A program made the position numbers and the translations under genes. DNA of 59,213 nucleotides from Snowella sp. (GTDB taxonomy: Bacteria > Cyanobacteriota > Cyanobacteriia > Cyanobacteriales > Microcystaceae), in NCBI GenBank assembly GCA_035285545.1, contig JAYKGY010000056.1, positions 1-59,213 of the forward strand, in the 5' to 3' direction. Shown here one piece after another: positions 1 through 7,396 of the stretch. Position 1 is the first letter of the stretch; each line of letters starts with the position of its first letter. The notes under the pieces were generated by a model. It was not told where the DNA came from, ran no database searches, and was given only the letters and a program-made list of their open reading frames with translations.

Positions 1-123
1 TAATCGTTTCCGAGGCATCCTTATTCGATGGGCCAAATCTTCTCAATCCTACTTGGGCTTTATTCAGATTGCTGCTTGTTTGATCATCGGCCGCAAACTT
101 CTCACATTTTTCGGATAGGTTCT
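1..123 (+). mobile_element. Right end of an IS5-family insertion sequence (transposase C-terminus 2..118 plus probable terminal inverted repeat)
   Basis: Frame +2 from base 2 reads NRFRGILIRWAKSSQSYLGFIQIAACLIIGRKLLTFFG* (TAG 116-118). This resembles the IS5-type DDE transposase C-terminal signature (N-RFR-L-RW-K----YL-F---A). It is followed by TTTCGGATAGGTTCT then TAG, typical of an IS5 end next to a 3-bp target. Not in the ORF track because the window cuts it. Confidence 0.7.
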
Positions 124-136
124 TAGAGGTTTATTA

Positions 137-331
137 ATGAAACCGAATTTTGAAACCATGACCCGACAAGAACTTAAGGCTTATGTTTTAACTCATCGAG
201 ACGATAAAGAAGCCCTTGACCTATTAATGAGTCGTCGTAGTCCTGATTCGGAAGCGGTCTGGTATGATGCTTCTATTTCTCTTGACAAAACAAAGGAGAT
301 CTTACGGAAAAAACTTCAGGGTAAACTTTAA
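137..331 (+). CDS. DUF6887-like small protein (putative antitoxin partner of DUF6888)
   Basis: MKPNFETMTRQELKAYVLTHRDDKEA... matches the pattern of the cyanobacterial DUF6887 family as I recall it; 64 aa. Confidence 0.75.
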   Translation: MKPNFETMTRQELKAYVLTHRDDKEALDLLMSRRSPDSEAVWYDASISLDKTKEILRKKLQGKL

Positions 332-363
332 GACTGTTTTACAGATTACTCGGCGATCGCGCT

Positions 364-645
364 ATGAAAATTGCTAAATTAAAACAACGCTTACAACAAG
401 ATCGCCCGATGACTAGCATTGAGTTGCGATTACCTGAAGATGTGGTAGGGGACTTAAAAAAGGTAGCGGCAGTGCGTGAATTTCTGGATTATCGTGCGTT
501 GATGCAAGCTTATATTGGTCAGGGATTACGGGCGGATTTAGAACAGCTTGAAGGTCGTTTGCAAGTGGCTGATTTAGTGGAGAGCTTAAAACGTCAAGGA
601 GTTACAGAGGAGACAATTTCTATTGCACTAGCTGAAATACAATAG
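364..645 (+). CDS. Ribbon-helix-helix/CopG-like putative antitoxin (type usually found downstream of BrnT toxins)
   Basis: RPMTSIELRLPEDVVGDLKKVA...YRALMQAYIGQGLRADLEQLE shows a beta-strand plus two-helix RHH-like pattern. No toxin gene lies immediately upstream. Confidence 0.6.
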   Translation: MKIAKLKQRLQQDRPMTSIELRLPEDVVGDLKKVAAVREFLDYRALMQAYIGQGLRADLEQLEGRLQVADLVESLKRQGVTEETISIALAEIQ

Positions 646-808
646 TTTTGAGATGAATGCGAGGAATCAGTTTTAATCCTGACTCAGCGTTAAAAACAGT
701 TTTACGGATTGCTGAGGTATAAAAAGCTAAAAGTTAGTTAATTTAGCATAAATACCAATAGGGGATGTTAGATTTTTTTAACTTAACCTGTCTTTTTACA
801 GAAATCTT

Positions 809-1675
809 ATGCCTAAATGCAGCAAATGCGGTAATGAAATCGAATATCGATATATTAATGGTATTTGTAGACCAATACATATTAATTCGGGTTGTATAGG
901 CGATAAAAAAAGCTCTTTTGGACAACAAGAAATAAAAAAAGAGCAGAATACGTTTTCAAATAATGTTGTTACATCGCCCAGACCAGAAGCAAAAACTTAT
1001 CCTCAAAAATGTTTTTGGTGTGATGATATGGTTTATCATTTTACACATGGTTATGGCGATTATGTTCTATTTGATAGCCTTGGATGGCCGTGGCAAATTC
1101 ATGAATGTTGGGAAAAATATTATCAAGGAAAAGGAAAAAGAAATTTTTTAGAGATAGAAATGTTAGAGGCTAAATCTCAATTAATTAAGGGAGCAATCAA
1201 TCAACTACATTGTGAAAAAGAAGAAATAACGGAATTTAATATTGCTACTAAACTAGGCATTACTGTTGATCAATTAAAGAAATCCTACAAAGATGTTTTG
1301 AAATATGAAATTGCAACACGTCAATTTCAATGTTCATTGTGCCATAGCAATGTTTGTTTCCATACTAGTAATGGAGAGTTTGTTATTTTCAATCACTTGG
1401 GTGAACCTTGGGAAATTCATGAATGCTGGTTTCGGCTTGGTGAAGAACTAGAACAATTAGAACTTTTTGACTTATCAATTCTAGATTTTAAATCTCGAAT
1501 AATTAAAGGAGTAATTAACAACTTATATCGAAACAACGAAATTCCAACTGAAAAAAATGTTGCTGAAATATTGAATATTTCTATCAAAGAATTTAGATTA
1601 GTTTACAAGGGTGTCTGTCGACTCTCTGGAAATAGAATTATTTTAAAAAAAGATATTAATATTTTAGAGCATTGA
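809..1675 (+). CDS. Hypothetical protein with three CxxC...HxxxxC/HxC motifs and two HTH-like segments
   Basis: 288-aa AT-rich ORF. Motifs: CSKC...HINSGC, CFWC...WQIHECW and CSLC...WEIHECW. An internal duplication is visible. Confidence 0.75.
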   Translation: MPKCSKCGNEIEYRYINGICRPIHINSGCIGDKKSSFGQQEIKKEQNTFSNNVVTSPRPEAKTYPQKCFWCDDMVYHFTHGYGDYVLFDSLGWPWQIHECWEKYYQGKGKRNFLEIEMLEAKSQLIKGAINQLHCEKEEITEFNIATKLGITVDQLKKSYKDVLKYEIATRQFQCSLCHSNVCFHTSNGEFVIFNHLGEPWEIHECWFRLGEELEQLELFDLSILDFKSRIIKGVINNLYRNNEIPTEKNVAEILNISIKEFRLVYKGVCRLSGNRIILKKDINILEH

Positions 1676-1815
1676 TTGCGTGCCTGAGATTCGTGAATAA
1701 CGCACTTTTTAACTTTATTTAGGCATAATCACGTTCAAGCCTTTCAAAAAAACGCGATCGCTGAATAGTTGCATACAGGGTTAAGTTAAAATACAGTCAT
1801 AATTAAGCTTTTTCA

Positions 1816-1956
1816 ATGATAAATACACTTGAAGTTAGAAACCAACTTAAACAATATATTGATCAAGTGTCTGCACAGGACTTTAAAATCGTAGGGGAAA
1901 TCAGAGAACAATTAAAAAGTATTTTATATCAACAAAAAACTCCTCTCTGGTTATGA
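1816..1956 (+). CDS. Short ORF (46 aa), possible truncated antitoxin-like remnant
   Basis: Hand translation: MINTLEVRNQLKQYIDQVSAQDFKIVGEIREQLKSILYQQKTPLWL*. The N-terminus resembles small cyanobacterial antitoxin-like proteins. Below the ORF-track cutoff. Confidence 0.3.
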   Translation: MINTLEVRNQLKQYIDQVSAQDFKIVGEIREQLKSILYQQKTPLWL

Positions 1957-2000
1957 AAGGAGCTTCTAAACGCCACAGTTTGTAAACTTTAAACAAAAAC

Positions 2001-3620
2001 CTAGAGAGAAGCCGTAATTACTTCTTTAGCTTCTGAAGATTTTTTTCGATTTTCTAAAGCAGCATAAAGACGATTTAAGGCACTCAAATAAGCACGGGCC
2101 GAGGCAACGATAATATCCGTATTGGCCGCATAACCCGCATAAATTTTATCTTCATGGCGTAGGCGAATGGTAACTTTCCCTAATGCATCAATGCCTTCCG
2201 TAACTGATTTAACCGAGAATTCGATCAACTCGTTGGGAATATTGACCACCCGATTAATGGCTTTATATACTGCATCTACGGGGCCTGTTCCAATCGCGGC
2301 ATCCATTAATTCTTGACCGTCAGGAGTGCGGATAGTCACCGTTGCGGTGGGTCGGGAATTGTCGCCACAGGAAACTTGCACCAACTCTAAGCGGAACATT
2401 TCAGGCGCGCAACGAATTTCATCATTAACGATCGCCTCCAAATCCCAATCGGTAATTTCCTTGCGTTTATCGGCAACTTCTTTAAAGCGTAAAAAGGCGT
2501 TATTCAGTTCGGTTTCGCTGAGTTCAAAGCCCAATTCCCCTAACCGAGTACGGAAAGCATTACGGCCTGAGAGTTTACCCAAGGTGATCTGATTGTGGGT
2601 TAACCCGATGGATTCCGCATCCATGATCTCATAGGTCAACTTGTTCTTAAGAACGCCGTCTTGGTGAATGCCCGACTCATGGGAAAAAGCATTGGCTCCC
2701 ACGATCGCCTTATTGGGTTGGACGACCATCCCCGTTAAATCAGAAACCAAACGAGAGGTATTGTAAATTTGCTTGGTGTCGATATTAGTTAACGGTTCGG
2801 TAGATTCAGCAGGACGGCCTAAAAAGGGATTGAAATAGGCACGCCGCACATGGAGAGCCATGACCAATTCTTCTAACGCCGCATTACCTGCCCGTTCTCC
2901 GATACCGTTGATGGTACATTCTAATTGTCTGGCTCCATTTTTTACCGCTTCTAGGAAGTTGGCAACGGCCAAGCCTAAGTCATCGTGACCATGCACCGAA
3001 ATAATGGCTTGATCAATATTGGGTACATTTTCCTTAATGCCCCGAATCAAAGCTCCAAATTCCCCAGGGGTTGTATAGCCAACGGTATCGGGAATATTAA
3101 TCGTCGTCGCCCCTGCCGCGATCGCGCGTTCTAGGACTTGATACAAAAATTCCGGATCACTCCGTCCTGCATCTTCCGGCGAAAATTCCACGTCATTCAC
3201 AAAAGATTTAGCATAGGCCACCATTTCAGGCACAATTTCTAAGACTTCCTGACGGGTTTTCTTCAATTTATAAGCTAAATGAATATCAGAAGTTGCCAAA
3301 AAAGTGTGAATACGAGGCTTAGCAGCAGGTTTTAACGCTTCAGCGGCCGTTTGAATGTCTTTCTGAGTGGCTCTGGCTAAACCGCAAATGGTAGGGCCAT
3401 TTTCCGTGCCAACGGTTTGGGCAATTTTTTGAACCGCTTCAAAATCCCCAGGGCTAGCGTAGGGAAATCCTGCTTCAATGACATCAACGCCAAGTCGGGA
3501 AAGTGCGCGCGCGATCGTCAGTTTTTCTTCAACCGTAAGGGTTGCACCAGGGGATTGTTCCCCATCTCGTAGCGTGGTGTCAAAAATAATGATTCGATCT
3601 GGTTGGGTAGTCATATGCAC
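2001..3620 (-). CDS. leuA: 2-isopropylmalate synthase
   Basis: [19 protein letters not shown] and GIGERAGNA motifs; C-terminal regulatory domain (GTGPVDA). Confidence 0.97.
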   Translation of the reverse strand: MHMTTQPDRIIIFDTTLRDGEQSPGATLTVEEKLTIARALSRLGVDVIEAGFPYASPGDFEAVQKIAQTVGTENGPTICGLARATQKDIQTAAEALKPAAKPRIHTFLATSDIHLAYKLKKTRQEVLEIVPEMVAYAKSFVNDVEFSPEDAGRSDPEFLYQVLERAIAAGATTINIPDTVGYTTPGEFGALIRGIKENVPNIDQAIISVHGHDDLGLAVANFLEAVKNGARQLECTINGIGERAGNAALEELVMALHVRRAYFNPFLGRPAESTEPLTNIDTKQIYNTSRLVSDLTGMVVQPNKAIVGANAFSHESGIHQDGVLKNKLTYEIMDAESIGLTHNQITLGKLSGRNAFRTRLGELGFELSETELNNAFLRFKEVADKRKEITDWDLEAIVNDEIRCAPEMFRLELVQVSCGDNSRPTATVTIRTPDGQELMDAAIGTGPVDAVYKAINRVVNIPNELIEFSVKSVTEGIDALGKVTIRLRHEDKIYAGYAANTDIIVASARAYLSALNRLYAALENRKKSSEAKEVITASL

Positions 3621-3994
3621 TGTCGCACTTCACGAAGAAGAATGATTAATATTTTTAAATTATAGAGTTTTCCTTTGATAGTCAACTATCACAACGGAAC
3701 AATCTCTATTTTTGTAAAAAGCATTGCTGAAATTGCATTGATTTTTTGCATCCCCAGTTTTGGTCTTACTCGGATTGCCTAAGCTAAGCAGGCAGAAAGT
3801 GCGATCGCTGTCATTAAAATAACAGAAATTATTTTCACCCTAACCGTTGGCTAAGTTTAAAAAACTTAATGTATTGTGATTGAAATATCTGTTTTTTCCT
3901 GCTATCGTGCTGATCAAGCATCCGATATCATTAGCGCGATCGCCGTTAAATCATCTATATTTTTTTAAGAATTTGTATATTTTGGGAGGTTAAT

Positions 3995-4300
3995 GTGGCT
4001 GGTTCCGAATATTCTAAACAATCACGCTTGCAATATATTATTGAAGAGTTTCAAGACGACTTACTAATGGAAATTGAGCCGTTGTTATTTTCCAATACTA
4101 AGCCAGAAGAAATAGAGCGCACAATTAATGCTTTTATTGATAAATCTAAATGGAAAGGGCTGTTACCTCAAGACAAATTAAACTTTCCACCAACTGCATT
4201 AGAAAAATTTCAAGGCACAGTCGATCAAGAAGTAGCCACAACCTTAAGGACGACAGGCTGTTTTTATTTAGGTCGCTGGCATTCGTCCTGCCCTGTTTAA
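3995..4300 (+). CDS. Small hypothetical protein (101 aa) with an acidic N-terminal part and C-terminal GCFYLGRWHSSCPV
   Basis: GTG start preceded by a strong SD (GGGAGG, 3984-3989, 5-nt spacer). Same strand as the downstream FHA/CHAT genes. Confidence 0.6.
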   Translation: MAGSEYSKQSRLQYIIEEFQDDLLMEIEPLLFSNTKPEEIERTINAFIDKSKWKGLLPQDKLNFPPTALEKFQGTVDQEVATTLRTTGCFYLGRWHSSCPV

Positions 4301-4577
4301 AATGCATTAATTTTTCATGACTCTTCATTGTCTTTGCCGCTGAAATATCAATTCTATGTAATGGCCTATTAAGGTAAAAGGCAAGGGGGTAGCCATCGAA
4401 AGTATTAACGAATAAATTATCAGGAAAGATTTATCTGTTAGGTATTAAGAAAAATCAAGAAACCGAGAGATAGGGGTCAATAATATATTGAACTTGAGTA
4501 AGGAATGCGATATTATGCAACGCTATCTTGACTAATTGCAGTCTTTCCTTGCCTTTAAAATTATTCAATATCATTAG

Positions 4578-7370
4578 ATGTCTTTTTTTCAAAGCTATTG
4601 GCTTAAAGTTCCTGTCTCTCTGGCAACGATGTGGTTGGGAATATTGGTTGGGTCTAGGTCTGTCTTCGCCCAACTTCAACCTGATAATACCTTGGGCCGT
4701 GAAAGTTCGAGCGTTAGTCCAATGAGTGGAACATTAAGCGATCGCATTGATGGAGGAGCCATTCGGGGCAGTAACCTATTTCACAGTTTTTCTGAATTTA
4801 ATGTGGGGGAAGGTCGAGGGGTTTACTTTGCTAATCCAACGGGAATTTCCAATATTATTAATCGAGTTACGGGAAATCAAGCCTCTTCAATTTTAGGAAA
4901 ACTAGGGGTATTAGGTAGCGCGAACCTATTTTTAGTCAATCCTAATGGCATTATCTTTGGCCCCCATGCGTCCCTCGATTTAGGGGGGTCTTTCGTAGCA
5001 ACAACCGCCAATGCCATTCAATTCGGTAATCAGGGGGTTTTTAGTGCGACCAATCCTGATGTTCCTCCCTTATTAACTGTTAATCCATCGGCGTTTATTT
5101 TCAATCGATTACGCCCAAGCCCAATTAGTTTAAATTCCACCAAAGACCTTGCAGGACAGCGTATTGATGCTTTTAGCCCAACTGGGACGGCAGATACCTT
5201 TGGATTACAAGTTCCTGATGGTAAAAGTTTGATTTTACTAGGGGGAGATGTCAATTTAACCGATAGTCAGTTGAATGCCTTGGGTGGTCGGGTTGAAATT
5301 GGTAGCTTAGGCGGAACGGGTACGGTTGGATTAAATATTAATAATGATGCTCTGAGTTTAAATTTTCCCGATAATCTATCCTTAGGTGATATTTCTTTGT
5401 CTAAAAGTAGCCGAATTTATACCAGCGGCGATCGCGGCGGATCGATTCAATTCACGGGAAATAATATTCGACTCCTAGAAGGCTCTCTTTTATCGGCTGA
5501 AACCTTTGGAGCCGAATCTGGCGGTAACATCACTCTCAATGCAACGGATGCGATTGAAATTATAGATATTCCCCCTCCAGACGCTTTTTCAGCAAATATT
5601 ACAACCATCACCTATGGAACAGGAAATGCGGGAAATATTGCCTTGACCTCAAAACGCTTTCTCATGGAAAATGGAGCGCAAATGCTTTCTCTTAGCGTCG
5701 GAGAAGGAGATGGCGGAGATATTAGAATTAACGCTTCAGAATCAGTCACTATTACAGGATTTGATCCCACTAGCCTTCCTTTTAGGATCCCGACTGCTAT
5801 CGTCAGTGCGGCTGGTGCGTTCGGGAAAGCAGGCAATATTGTCATTGAGACTAAAGACTTAATTCTGAGTGATTACGGATCGATTAATGCGTCTTCCGCT
5901 TCTGCTACGACAGGTGAAGGAAATTTTGTAGCAACAGGCTCTGGCGGCAATATTATTATTAATGCCTCTAATTCCGTTTCTATTTACGATAGCAATCCAA
6001 CAGTTATTCTTCCTACTACAGGAAAGCTAGAAAATATTACGGGTATTAGTGCTTCAACCTCTTCCTTTGGCGATGCGGGAAGTATCACGATTAATACAGG
6101 AACCTTAAGGATTAAAAATGGAGGAGGAATTACCGTCAACTCGGAAGGAGAAGCATCGGGATTAGCAGGAAATTTGACCATAAATGCCACCAAAACACTT
6201 CATCTAGATGGGGTTAACAGTTTAATAACCGCGCAAGGTTTAGGTTTTCGTCCTGGCGGAAATTTAAGCTTAAAAACAGAACAAATGACTCTTTCAAATG
6301 GCGCACAAGTCAGTGTTACGAGTCCTCAGGGTCAATCAGGTAATTTAGACCTTAATGTGGGATCGTTGCAAGTTAATCAGGCTCGTATTACTGCCTCTAC
6401 CGAAACAGGGCAAGCTGGCAATGTTAATGTCAAAGCGACTAATTTAATTGAATTATCAGGCAATGGCGGCTTATTAGTTGAAGCCAGTAACGGCGGAACA
6501 GCCGGAAATTTAACGATTCAGACAGGAGATTTGAGGGTTCAAAACGGCTCAACGGTAACGGTTAGCAGTCCTCTGGGTCAAGCGGGCAATTTAAACATCT
6601 ACAGCAATCATATTTTTCTCAATAATGGTTCATTGACGGCAGAGACAGCGAAAACAGGCGTTAACGGAGCTAACATTAATCTGCAACTGGGCAATTTTTT
6701 GCAAATGGAGAATGAAAGCTTAATTTCTGCGACTGCAACGGGAACAGCGAACGGGGGTAACGTTACTATTAGTAGTCCGACGGTGGTAGCTCTGTTTTCT
6801 GGGCCGAATGGTAGCGATATTATCGCCAATGCAGAACGGGGCCGTGGGGGCAATATTATCATCAATTCCCAGGGCATTTTTGGAATGGCGGAAGGTCGGG
6901 CGATCGCGGGCAATGGAAGCAACGATATTGATGCTAGTTCAGAATTTGGGGCACCAGGGGAAGTTCAACTCAATACAACGATTAATCCCACGCAAGGTCT
7001 GACCACCTTACCGGAAACGGTTGTTGATCCCAATACCTTAGTGGCTCAAAATGCGTGTCGTCGCGGAACGGCGAGTCAATTAACCCGTGCGGGGAGAGGG
7101 GGATTACCGCCCAATGTGTATGAAGATCTCAATAGTGCGGCTATCCAAGTAGGATTGGTTGAACCGGCAGCCACTAAAGTTACAGAATCTGGGGTTTCTC
7201 CGCCGCTTTCTCAAACGCTTTCTGGGAATCCGTCCCGCGATCGCGCCATCACACCGGCTCAGGGTTGGGTTTTTAATCAACGGGGGGAAGTTCTGCTAGT
7301 GGCCTATGATCCAACGGCGATGGGAACTCAACGGATAAAACAGACAGAATCCGGTTGTCCTATGCCCTAG
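4578..7370 (+). CDS. Filamentous haemagglutinin N-terminal (TPS-domain) exoprotein, beta-helix repeats
   Basis: Signal peptide ending VFAQ. TPS motifs NLFHSF, RVTG and NLFLVNPNGIIFG. G-x-G/AG-N-I repeats. Cyanobacterial C-terminal motif C...GRGGLP...AQGW...C. Confidence 0.92.
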   Translation: MSFFQSYWLKVPVSLATMWLGILVGSRSVFAQLQPDNTLGRESSSVSPMSGTLSDRIDGGAIRGSNLFHSFSEFNVGEGRGVYFANPTGISNIINRVTGNQASSILGKLGVLGSANLFLVNPNGIIFGPHASLDLGGSFVATTANAIQFGNQGVFSATNPDVPPLLTVNPSAFIFNRLRPSPISLNSTKDLAGQRIDAFSPTGTADTFGLQVPDGKSLILLGGDVNLTDSQLNALGGRVEIGSLGGTGTVGLNINNDALSLNFPDNLSLGDISLSKSSRIYTSGDRGGSIQFTGNNIRLLEGSLLSAETFGAESGGNITLNATDAIEIIDIPPPDAFSANITTITYGTGNAGNIALTSKRFLMENGAQMLSLSVGEGDGGDIRINASESVTITGFDPTSLPFRIPTAIVSAAGAFGKAGNIVIETKDLILSDYGSINASSASATTGEGNFVATGSGGNIIINASNSVSIYDSNPTVILPTTGKLENITGISASTSSFGDAGSITINTGTLRIKNGGGITVNSEGEASGLAGNLTINATKTLHLDGVNSLITAQGLGFRPGGNLSLKTEQMTLSNGAQVSVTSPQGQSGNLDLNVGSLQVNQARITASTETGQAGNVNVKATNLIELSGNGGLLVEASNGGTAGNLTIQTGDLRVQNGSTVTVSSPLGQAGNLNIYSNHIFLNNGSLTAETAKTGVNGANINLQLGNFLQMENESLISATATGTANGGNVTISSPTVVALFSGPNGSDIIANAERGRGGNIIINSQGIFGMAEGRAIAGNGSNDIDASSEFGAPGEVQLNTTINPTQGLTTLPETVVDPNTLVAQNACRRGTASQLTRAGRGGLPPNVYEDLNSAAIQVGLVEPAATKVTESGVSPPLSQTLSGNPSRDRAITPAQGWVFNQRGEVLLVAYDPTAMGTQRIKQTESGCPMP

Positions 7371-7396
7371 CCCCCCTCAAACGGAATTTTATTGAA

